Assembly (NCBI GenBank): GCA_021811085.1
Contig: JAJZPQ010000001.1
Location: 1,946-65,945, forward strand
DNA: 64,000 nucleotides
Source: Pseudomonadota bacterium
Lineage (GTDB): Bacteria > Pseudomonadota > Gammaproteobacteria > Burkholderiales > SG8-39
Reading direction: 5' to 3'
Part shown: one piece after another, positions 28,887 through 36,936 of the stretch
How the letters are laid out: each line of letters begins with the position of its first letter
Numbering within the stretch: the stretch's first letter is position 1
Program-made: the position numbers and the translations under genes
The notes under the pieces: generated by a model
What the model was told of the DNA's origin: nothing
Databases searched by the model: none
Seen by the model: only the letters and a program-made list of their open reading frames with translations

Positions 28887-29070
28887 CTTGCGCGGACGGC
28901 GGCCCGTCCGCGCGGATCGCCGATTGTGTGCGGATGAAAAGCGCATCCGCACGCAATCGGCGATCTTGTATAAAAGCCAGACCTGCTGTTCGGTTTTGAC
29001 AATAACCGTGTTTTGCCTACGGACGCATTTTTCGTCTGCAGGCAAAACACGGTTAGCGCGCGCAGCGCGC
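28887..29070. repeat. Multi-hairpin intergenic repeat, copy A (four consecutive stem-loops)
   Basis: H1 is GCGCGGACGG-cggc-CCGTCCGCGC. H2 has 22-bp arms at 28915-28936 and 28944-28965. H3 has 14-bp arms at 29004-29017 and 29041-29054. H4 is GCGCGC-gca-GCGCGC. The element is collinear with 50267-50455. Confidence 0.85.
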
Positions 29071-29125
29071 AGGTCTTCGTGGCGTCGGCACGCAGAAGTT
29101 CTTAGGCGCGGAGCGTTGCATGCGA

Positions 29126-30511
29126 CTACAACGGCACCACCTTGCCCGGGTTCATCAGGTTGCCGGGGTCGAACAGGCGCTTGATATCGCGCATCAGATC
29201 GACCGCCTCGCCCAGCTCTTCCTTGAGCCAGGCCTGTTTGCCCATGCCGACTCCGTGCTCGCCGGTGCAGGTGCCTTCCATGGCGAGCGCGCGCTGCACC
29301 AGCCGCTTATTGAAGGACTTGGCCAGCTCCAATTCCTCCGGTTTTTTCGGATCGACCAGGAACATCAGGTGGAAGTTGCCGTCGCCGACGTGCCCGAGCA
29401 GCGGCACCGGGCACAGGTAGCCCGCGACGTCCTGCATCGTTTCGGATACGCACTCCGCCAGGCGCGAGATCGGCACGCACACGTCGGTCGAGATCGCGCG
29501 GCAGCCCGGGCGCAGCTGCAGTCCGGCGAAGTAGGCGTTATGGCGCGCTTCCCACAGCTTGGTGCGGTCCTCGGCCTTGGTTGCCCACTGGAAATCCATG
29601 CCGCCGTTTTCCCGGGCGATCTCCTGTACCGCCTCGGCTTGCTCGATCACTCCGGCCTGCGTGCCGTGGAACTCGAAGAACAGCGTCGGGGCGACGCGGT
29701 AGTCGGTCTTGCTGTATTTGTTGATGCAGCCTATCGCCGTTGCATCGACGATTTCGCAGCGCGCCACCGGCACGCCGGCCTGTATGGTCTGGATCACCGT
29801 CTTGGTGCAGCCTTCGACCGAATCGAAGGCGCATACCGCCGCCGACATCGCTTCCTGCACGGCGTACAGGCGCACCGTGATTTCGGTGATGACGCCCAGG
29901 GTTCCCTCCGAGCCGACGAACAGCCGTGTCAGGTCGTAGCCGGCGGCCGATTTTTTGGCGCGCCGCGCGGTCTTGATGATGCGGCCGTCGGCGAGCACCA
30001 CGGTGAGCGAAATCACGTTCTCGCGCATGGTGCCGTAGCGCACGGCGTTGGTGCCCGAAGCGCGCGTCGCGGTCATGCCGCCGATGGTCGCATCGGCGCC
30101 GGGGTCGATGGGGAAGAACAGCCCGGTGTGGCGGATATGCTCGTTCAGCTGCTTGCGCGTGACACCCGCCTGCACCACTGCATCGAGGTCGGCTTCGTGC
30201 ACGGCGAGCACCTTGTTCATCTGGCTCAGATCGAGGCACACGCCGCCCTTCACCGCCAGGATATGCCCCTCGAGCGAAGTGCCGACGCCGTAGGGGATCA
30301 TCGGCACCTGGTGGCGGCGGCAGATGTTGACGATATCGCGCACTTCTTCGGTGGTTTGCGGAAACACCACGGCGTCGGGCGCCGCGTACGGGAAATAGGA
30401 CTCGTCCTTGCCGTGCTGGTCACGAATGCCGCGCGCCGTGGTGGCGCGCTCGCCCAGCAGAGCCTTGAGTTCGTTAACGAGTGTGGCGTTGAGTTCGCGC
30501 GGCTGGTTCAT
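29126..30511 (-). CDS. FAD-linked oxidase (GlcD / D-lactate dehydrogenase family)
   Basis: 461 aa with an FAD-binding PCMH domain (VVFPQTTEEVRDIVNICRRHQVPMIPYGVGTSLEG) and a C-terminal GEHGVG motif. Confidence 0.88.
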   Translation of the reverse strand: MNQPRELNATLVNELKALLGERATTARGIRDQHGKDESYFPYAAPDAVVFPQTTEEVRDIVNICRRHQVPMIPYGVGTSLEGHILAVKGGVCLDLSQMNKVLAVHEADLDAVVQAGVTRKQLNEHIRHTGLFFPIDPGADATIGGMTATRASGTNAVRYGTMRENVISLTVVLADGRIIKTARRAKKSAAGYDLTRLFVGSEGTLGVITEITVRLYAVQEAMSAAVCAFDSVEGCTKTVIQTIQAGVPVARCEIVDATAIGCINKYSKTDYRVAPTLFFEFHGTQAGVIEQAEAVQEIARENGGMDFQWATKAEDRTKLWEARHNAYFAGLQLRPGCRAISTDVCVPISRLAECVSETMQDVAGYLCPVPLLGHVGDGNFHLMFLVDPKKPEELELAKSFNKRLVQRALAMEGTCTGEHGVGMGKQAWLKEELGEAVDLMRDIKRLFDPGNLMNPGKVVPL

Positions 30512-30763
30512 GGCGACACCTGTCGGTGATGGGAACTGCGATTATAGGAGCAGTCGGGGGCCTGCGGCAAAGCAATTGCGTCTGCCCCAAGCGGGCCCGC
30601 AGCGGCGCATCCGGGGCGCAATATTGGGCCCCCCGGCGCGCATTTCCTGCGCCCGGATGATTTTGGTCAAGCTGGGCGCTGCCAGTCGTTGCCTGTTTGC
30701 CGGGATCGCGGTAGATTCGCCGTCGCTCCTCGTTATTTACCATAATCTTGTAAAAGGAAAGTC

Positions 30764-31390
30764 ATGACCGAATTCGATGCGGCCGCGCTCGACGCGCAAA
30801 CGCAGTACAAGCTGCTGATCGGCAGCGTCACCCCGCGGCCGATCGCGCTGGTGACCACGCTCGGCAGCCAAGGGCCGAACGCCGCACCGTTCAGTTTTTT
30901 CAATGCGATCGGCTCCGATCCGGCCATGCTCATGTTCTCGGTCGGCGCCAAGGACGGGGGCGCCAAGGACACGGTTGCGAATATCCTCGAGATTCCGGAG
31001 TTCGTGGTGCACATCGTGAGCGACGCGATCAAGGAAAAAATGAACGTGTGCGCGATCGATTACCCGCGCGGCGTAAACGAGATCGAGCAGGCGGGTTTCA
31101 CCGCACTGGCGTCGAAGAAAGTGCGCCCGCCGCGCATCGCCGAGGCGCCGATCGCGTTCGAGTGCCGCTTGCTGCAGCGGCTGGAACTCGGCCGCGGGCC
31201 TTATCACGTGGTGATCGGCGAAGTCGTGTATTTCCACTACCACGAGGGCATCGTCGACGAGCGTTTCCACATCGACGTGGGCAAGGTCAACCCGATCGGC
31301 CGCCTGGCGGGCAGGGGCGGCTATACCCGCATCACCGACCGTTTCGAGATGCCGCGCCTCAAGCTGGGCGGCGGCGTGCTCGAGGGCTGA
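30764..31390 (+). CDS. Flavin reductase-like FMN-binding (split-barrel) protein
   Basis: 208 aa containing PRPIALVTTLGSQGPNAAPFSFFNAIGSDP, which is typical of the Flavin_Reduct family. Confidence 0.8.
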   Translation: MTEFDAAALDAQTQYKLLIGSVTPRPIALVTTLGSQGPNAAPFSFFNAIGSDPAMLMFSVGAKDGGAKDTVANILEIPEFVVHIVSDAIKEKMNVCAIDYPRGVNEIEQAGFTALASKKVRPPRIAEAPIAFECRLLQRLELGRGPYHVVIGEVVYFHYHEGIVDERFHIDVGKVNPIGRLAGRGGYTRITDRFEMPRLKLGGGVLEG

Positions 31391-31493
31391 AGCGCCGCGC
31401 CGTCGCAGGCGGGCCGCCTCACGGAACGATTTCCCGCGCGCGCCATGTACAATCGCAATTCATCGAACCGCGCCGCAGGATTAGAATAAGTTC

Positions 31494-32042
31494 ATGGCTG
31501 CCGACTCGGAAACTGCCGCCTCCGGCCTCGCCGAAATTCGCGACTTGCAAAGGGCGGTGTACGCTTTGCGCGAAGAGCTTGAGCGCGCGCGCAGCGCCAC
31601 CGCCGAGGCCGTCCGCCGTGGATTGTCCGGAGCGAATGCGGAAATCGCGCAGCTGCAGGCAACGATCGTCGCGTTGCGCGACGAATTGCAGGAGTGGCCG
31701 CTCAAGCGCGACGAAGCGGCGCGGCTCGCGCAAGCCGCGAATCTGGACGAGATCAAGCAGCTCAAGGCGAACGTGGCGGCGCTGCGCGAGACGCTCGAGG
31801 CTGCGCGGCTGGCGCAGGAGACGGCGGTGCGTCAGGCCATCATCGCGGCGCAGGACGAAATCGCGCAGCTGCGCGCGACCGCGGCCTCGCTGCGCGAGGC
31901 GCTGGAATCGGCAAATTACGCGAAGCAGGGCGAGATTGCGGCGGCGCGGGCGCAGGATCATGCCGAGCTGGTGCAGCTGCAGGCTACGGTACGCGCGCTG
32001 CGCGAGCAGCTGCAGGCCGCGTCGGGCGACAACGAAAAGTAA
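31494..32042 (+). CDS. Repeat protein: five exact 36-residue coiled-coil-type repeats (182 aa in total)
   Basis: The core [AD]E[IL]xxL[QKR]AxVxALR[ED]xL[EQ] starts at residues 13, 49, 85, 121 and 157, which is a 108-nt DNA period from 31530. The stop lies 5 nt before the cyclase ATG. Confidence 0.75.
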   Translation: MAADSETAASGLAEIRDLQRAVYALREELERARSATAEAVRRGLSGANAEIAQLQATIVALRDELQEWPLKRDEAARLAQAANLDEIKQLKANVAALRETLEAARLAQETAVRQAIIAAQDEIAQLRATAASLREALESANYAKQGEIAAARAQDHAELVQLQATVRALREQLQAASGDNEK

Positions 32043-32047
32043 AAATT

Positions 32048-34366
32048 ATGGATCAACCCAAACCGACTGCTGCAATCACGCGCCTGCCGGGCGCGCGCAA
32101 ACCGGCCAAGAAAGACGCCAATCCGGCGGTGCGCGGACGGCTGAAGCTGGTCGAACTGCTGCTCGAGGTGTCGCGCAGGATGGCGGCCTACGACACGCTC
32201 GACGACGTGCTGCGCACCCTGGTCGAGATGACGACGGCGGAACTGGACGCCGAGCGCGGCACCCTGTTCCTCAATGACCCAGAGACCAATGAGCTGTATT
32301 CGCGCGTCGCCCAGGGCAACATCAAACATGAGATCCGCATTCTGAACACCAGCGGCATCGCGGGCTACGTATTTACATCCGGGGAATCGGTCCTGATCCG
32401 CGACGCGTATTCGGACTCGCGCTTCAACCGTTCGGTCGACGAGCAGACGGGCTTCGTCACGCGCAACATCCTGTGCACGCCGATCCGCACGGTGAAGGGC
32501 GAGATCATCGGCGTGGCGCAGACGCTGAACAAAAAGAAGGGCGACTTCACCAAGCGCGATCTCGCCGTGCTCGAGGCGATGACCACCCAGGGCACGCTCG
32601 CGCTGCAGGGCGCGGTGTTCATCGAGCGCATGAAAGCGGTGCGCAAGCAGGAGATGGAGTTCGTCGACGTGGTGTCGGAGGTGACTGCCGATATCAAGCT
32701 CGGCTCGCTGCTGCAAAAGGTGATGGGCGAGGCGACGCGCATGCTCAACGCCGAGCGCTCCACGCTGTTCCTCAACGACGACAAGACCAACGAACTGTGG
32801 TCCGAGGTAGGACAGGGGCTGGAATCGGTGCAGATCCGCCTGCCCAATCACCTCGGCATCGCGGGCGCGGTGTTCACCACGAGCAAGGCGATCAACATTC
32901 CCTATGCCTATGCCGACCTGCGCTTCAATCCGGCGTTCGACAAGAAGACCGGCTTTTTCACGCGCTCCATCCTGTGCGTACCCATCGTCAACAAGCACGG
33001 CAAGACCATAGGCGTGACGCAAGTCCTGAACAAGCACGGCGGGCCGTTCACCAACGAAGACGAATCGCGGCTGCGCGCCTTCACCGCGCAGATTTCGATC
33101 GCGCTCGAAAACGCCAAGCTGTTCGCCGACGTGCACAACATGAAGAACTACAACGAGGCGATGCTCGAATCGATGTCGAACGCGGTCCTCACCCTGGACG
33201 ACAGCGGCAAGATCGCCACCTGCAATGCCGCGGGCCTGAAGATCCTGAAGCTGCATCCGGACAAGGTGCTGCAGCGGCCGGCGGCGGAGTTCTTCGGCGG
33301 CGACAACGCCTGGATTCTGGAGCGGCTGAAGCACGTGGATGAAACCGGCGTCACCGACATGCTCATGGACGCTGAGCTGACGGTCGAGGGCGAGAAGGTT
33401 TCGGCCAACGTAACCATCCTGCCGCTATTCAGCATGGAAAAGAAGCGCCTCGGCTCGATGCTGCTGATCGAAGACATCAGCAGTGAGAAGCGCATGAAAT
33501 CGACCATGTCGCGCTACATGGACCCGGGCATTGCCGACCGGCTGGTGGCGAGCGGAGCCGAGCTGCTCGGCGGCCAGAGCGTCCTCGCGACGGTGTTGTT
33601 CTCCGATATCCGCGGCTTCACCACCATCACCGAGCAGCTCGGCGCCCAGGGCACGGTGGCCCTGCTCAACGAATATTTCACGCTCATGGTCGATTGCATC
33701 CAGCACGAAGAAGGCATGCTCGATAAGTTCATCGGCGACGCGATCATGGCCGCGTTCGGCATCCCCGTCGCGCACGAGGACGACGCCGACCGCGCGGTGC
33801 GCGCCGCAATCGCGATGCTGCGCGCGCTCAAGGCCTGGAACGCGCAGCGCACGGCGGAAGGCAAGGCGCCGGTGGACATGGGCATCGGCCTCAATACCGA
33901 CATGGTGGTGTCGGGCAACATCGGCTCGAAAAAGCGCATGGACTACACCATCATTGGCGACGGCGTAAACCTCGCTTCGCGGCTGGAGTCGGCGTGCAAG
34001 CAGTACGGCACCCATATCCTGGTGAGCGAATTCACTTATGCCAAGCTGCGCGGAACCTACCGTACGCGCGAAGTGGACCTGGTGGTGGTGAAGGGCAAGA
34101 CCAAGCCCGTGGCGATCCACGAGATACTGGACTATCACAGCGAAGAGACTTTCCCGCATCTGATCGATGCGCTCGGTTATTTCCGCGACGGCCTGGCCAA
34201 GTACCGCCAGGGAAAATGGAACGACGCGGTCAAGCAGTTTTCGGAAGTGGTGGCGATGAATCCGGCGGACAAGGCCGCCAAGCTCTATGTCGAACGCTGC
34301 CGCCACCTCGCCGAGCATCCCCCCGGCGACGACTGGAACGGCGTTTGGGTGATGCAAAGCAAGTAG
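32048..34366 (+). CDS. Class III adenylate cyclase with GAF-GAF-PAS N-terminus and a TPR-like C-terminus (CyaB1-like architecture)
   Basis: Start at MDQPKPTAAI (in frame with ORF 31694..34366). There are two GAF domains (..RFNRSVDEQTGFVTRNILCTPI.., ..RFNPAFDKKTGFFTRSILCVPI..) and a PAS domain. The cyclase core reads VLFSDIRGFTTITE, DKFIGDAIMAAFG and DYTIIGDGVNLASRLES. Confidence 0.9.
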   Translation: MDQPKPTAAITRLPGARKPAKKDANPAVRGRLKLVELLLEVSRRMAAYDTLDDVLRTLVEMTTAELDAERGTLFLNDPETNELYSRVAQGNIKHEIRILNTSGIAGYVFTSGESVLIRDAYSDSRFNRSVDEQTGFVTRNILCTPIRTVKGEIIGVAQTLNKKKGDFTKRDLAVLEAMTTQGTLALQGAVFIERMKAVRKQEMEFVDVVSEVTADIKLGSLLQKVMGEATRMLNAERSTLFLNDDKTNELWSEVGQGLESVQIRLPNHLGIAGAVFTTSKAINIPYAYADLRFNPAFDKKTGFFTRSILCVPIVNKHGKTIGVTQVLNKHGGPFTNEDESRLRAFTAQISIALENAKLFADVHNMKNYNEAMLESMSNAVLTLDDSGKIATCNAAGLKILKLHPDKVLQRPAAEFFGGDNAWILERLKHVDETGVTDMLMDAELTVEGEKVSANVTILPLFSMEKKRLGSMLLIEDISSEKRMKSTMSRYMDPGIADRLVASGAELLGGQSVLATVLFSDIRGFTTITEQLGAQGTVALLNEYFTLMVDCIQHEEGMLDKFIGDAIMAAFGIPVAHEDDADRAVRAAIAMLRALKAWNAQRTAEGKAPVDMGIGLNTDMVVSGNIGSKKRMDYTIIGDGVNLASRLESACKQYGTHILVSEFTYAKLRGTYRTREVDLVVVKGKTKPVAIHEILDYHSEETFPHLIDALGYFRDGLAKYRQGKWNDAVKQFSEVVAMNPADKAAKLYVERCRHLAEHPPGDDWNGVWVMQSK

Positions 34367-34509
34367 GCGCCGGTCCAGCGCCGGGGATTCCCCTGCGTCA
34401 GGCGCCGCACGGCGTGGCATAAGAATTTCAACAACGCTCGCACGCGCTTCGATTGCCATCCGACTTCCTCTGAGGTAGATTCGGAGCGTCAGCAACAAGG
34501 AGACTAGTC

Positions 34510-34893
34510 ATGAATGCGGGGTTCAAAGCGCTATCGCGATGTTCGATCGCTGCGGCGGCGATGCTTGCCGCCGCCGGGTGTACGCCCTCGGGCGTGAGTT
34601 ACAGCAAGGACGTGCAGCCGATTCTTGCCAAGAATTGTTCGGAATGCCATTCCCCAGGGAAGGAAGGTTTCATCAAGAGCGGACTGGATACCACCAGCTA
34701 CGATGCGCTGATGCGGGGCGGCAAGTTCGGGCCGCTGGTCAGGCCGGGCGACGCCTTGTCGAGCACGCTCAATATGCTGGTGGAAGGGCGGGCGCATGCC
34801 TCGCTGCGCATGCCGCATGGCCGCGAGAAGCTTCCGGACAAGGACATCGAGACGCTCAAGACCTGGGTGAACGAGGGCGCGAAGAACAATTAG
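34510..34893 (+). CDS. Small lipoprotein with one c-type haem motif (PSCyt1-like domain)
   Basis: 127 aa. The signal peptide and lipobox read AAMLAAAGC. The haem motif CSECH sits in VQPILAKNCSECHSPG; ...LRMPHG...L....IETLKTWVNEGA follows. Confidence 0.7.
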   Translation: MNAGFKALSRCSIAAAAMLAAAGCTPSGVSYSKDVQPILAKNCSECHSPGKEGFIKSGLDTTSYDALMRGGKFGPLVRPGDALSSTLNMLVEGRAHASLRMPHGREKLPDKDIETLKTWVNEGAKNN

Positions 34894-34941
34894 CGGCCCA
34901 ATGCCGGCGGAGGGTTGCCGGCCCATGTGCCGGCGATGGCC

Positions 34942-36138
34942 TTAGGCGCCGAAGGCGCCGGCGGCTCGCAGTGCATCGATTTCGGCGTCGCCCAGGCCGA
35001 GCAGTTCATGCAATACCGCCGCAGTGTGCTCGCCCAGGGCCGGCGACGGGGAGCGTATCGCTCCCGGCGTCGCCGATAAGCGTACCGGCACCCCGACGAC
35101 GCGCAGCTTGCCTGCGCGCGGATGGTCGATCTCGACGAGCGAGCCGCGCGCCTTGACCTGCGCATGCTCGACCACCTGAGCCAGGTTGTTGATCGCGCCC
35201 ACAGGAATCCCGTTCCGGGTCAGCAGCGTCTCCCATTCTTCGTAGCTGCGGCTGAGGAACACCTGTTGCAGTTTTTCGATCAGCGCCGCGCGATTCCGGT
35301 TGCGCTCGCCATTGGTGCGAAAGCGTGCATCGTCGGCCAGTTCCGGACAGCCGATCACGGGACAGAAAATTTTCCACAGCTTCTCGCTGCCCACTGCCAG
35401 CGCGAGGTCGCGCGTCTTGGTGCGGAACGTCTGATAGGGCAGCAGCGCCTTGTACGCCGTGCCCATCGGACCGGGAATTTCGCCGGTCGCGCAATAGTTT
35501 CCTATCATGGTACTGAGCAATGCGAGCTGGCCTTCCATCATCGACACGTCGATCGACTGTCCGATGCCGCTCTTTTCCTTCGCGCGCAAGGCGAGCATGA
35601 TGCCGAACGCGGCATTCATGCCGGCGGTCAGATCGGCGATGGAGACGCCGGCGCGCGCACCGTGCCCGCCCGCCTCGCCGGTGACGCTGATCATGCCGCT
35701 CTCCGCCTGCAGAATCAGGTCGAGCGCGGGACGGTCGCGGTACGGACCGTCCTGGCCGAAGCCGGAAATCGAGCAGTAGATGATGCCGGGATTGCGCAGC
35801 CGCGCGGTTTCGTAGTCCAGCCCCAGGCGCGCAAGCGCGCCGGCGCGGTAGTTCTCCAGCACGACGTCGCAATGCTCGACCAGGCGCAGAAACGTCTCCT
35901 TGCCCTCGGGGTTCTTCAGGTCGAGCACCATGCCCTGCTTGTTGCGATGCAGGCTCGCGAAATAGTCCGTTTCCCCGCCCGGCAGAGGCGAGCCCCAGGC
36001 GCGTGCGATGTCGCCCAACCCGGGTGGCTCGATCTTGATCACCTGCGCGCCATAATCGGCGAGCATGGTCGAGCAGAACGGCCCGGCGAGCGCATGGCTC
36101 AGGTCGAGCACCTTGATACCTTCCAGCGGTGATTGCAT
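34942..36138 (-). CDS. Family III (CaiB/BaiF) CoA-transferase
   Basis: 398 aa with N-terminus LEGIKVLDLSHALAGPFCSTMLADYGAQVIKIEPP and the motif ALDLILQAESGMISVTG. Confidence 0.9.
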   Translation of the reverse strand: MQSPLEGIKVLDLSHALAGPFCSTMLADYGAQVIKIEPPGLGDIARAWGSPLPGGETDYFASLHRNKQGMVLDLKNPEGKETFLRLVEHCDVVLENYRAGALARLGLDYETARLRNPGIIYCSISGFGQDGPYRDRPALDLILQAESGMISVTGEAGGHGARAGVSIADLTAGMNAAFGIMLALRAKEKSGIGQSIDVSMMEGQLALLSTMIGNYCATGEIPGPMGTAYKALLPYQTFRTKTRDLALAVGSEKLWKIFCPVIGCPELADDARFRTNGERNRNRAALIEKLQQVFLSRSYEEWETLLTRNGIPVGAINNLAQVVEHAQVKARGSLVEIDHPRAGKLRVVGVPVRLSATPGAIRSPSPALGEHTAAVLHELLGLGDAEIDALRAAGAFGA

Positions 36139-36285
36139 TGCGTTTCCGGCGAGTTTGCGATCAGGCGCATTTTCTCATAACAATCGGCGGGCAAGCGTGC
36201 CGATTGCGCGCATAGGCTGGCTAGCCGATCGGCCAGATGCGGCGCGTCCGCGGCTGGGGTATGCTCGGTTCCGTCTTACCGATGC

Positions 36286-36936
36286 GTGCCCAAAACCATG
36301 AAGATTCTGCTGATCGACGACCATCCCCTGCTCAGGGGGGGCATGCGGTATTTGCTGCGCAGTCTGGACGCCGATCTGGAGATGGACGAGGCCGCCAACA
36401 GCGCCCAGGGGCTCGAACTCGCGGCCGCGCGCAGCTACGACCTCGTGCTGCTCGATCTCAGGATGCCAGGGCTCAACGGCATGGATGCGCTGGCCGCGCT
36501 GCGTGCCGTGGTTCCGGACACGCCGCTGGTGGTGCTGTCCGGCGAGGACGATCCGGTTGTCGTGCGTGCCGCGATCGAGGGCGGTGCCATGGGCTTCATT
36601 CCGAAGTCGTCGTCGCCGGGGGTGCTGATTCAGGCGCTGCGCCTGGTGCTGGCGCAAGGGGTATACCTGCCGCCGGCGGTGCTCGCGGCGGCGCAGCCCG
36701 CTCCTGTGCCGCCCCCGACCCCGGCAGATCCCATGCTGTCCGGCCTGACACCGAGACAAATGGATGTGTTGCGCTGTGTCATCACGGGCAAACCGAATAA
36801 GACCATCGCGCGCGAACTGGATGTGTCTGAGGGCACGGTCAAGGCCCACCTCTCCGCGGTGTTCCAGGCCCTGGGCGCGCATAACCGCACCGAGGCGGTC
36901 TACGCCGCGGCGAAACTGGGACTGCGGCTTGTCTGA
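36286..36936 (+). CDS. NarL/FixJ (LuxR-type HTH) response regulator
   Basis: 216 aa. The receiver reads ILLIDDHPLL...DLVLLDLRMPGLNG. The C-terminal HTH reads LTPRQMDVLRCVITGKPNKTIARELDVSEGTVKAHL. Confidence 0.92.
   Translation: MPKTMKILLIDDHPLLRGGMRYLLRSLDADLEMDEAANSAQGLELAAARSYDLVLLDLRMPGLNGMDALAALRAVVPDTPLVVLSGEDDPVVVRAAIEGGAMGFIPKSSSPGVLIQALRLVLAQGVYLPPAVLAAAQPAPVPPPTPADPMLSGLTPRQMDVLRCVITGKPNKTIARELDVSEGTVKAHLSAVFQALGAHNRTEAVYAAAKLGLRLV

Noticed and set aside
28888-29184. Small ORFs inside the two repeat elements (also 50359..50634 on the - strand and the 5' part of 50400..51767 on the + strand) that share peptide strings such as CGCAFHP and DEKRIRT
   Set aside because: The shared strings result from the repeated GCGGATG-loop-CATCCGC hairpins being read in different frames and strands. 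The differences between copies are compensatory in the stems, not synonymous in any frame.
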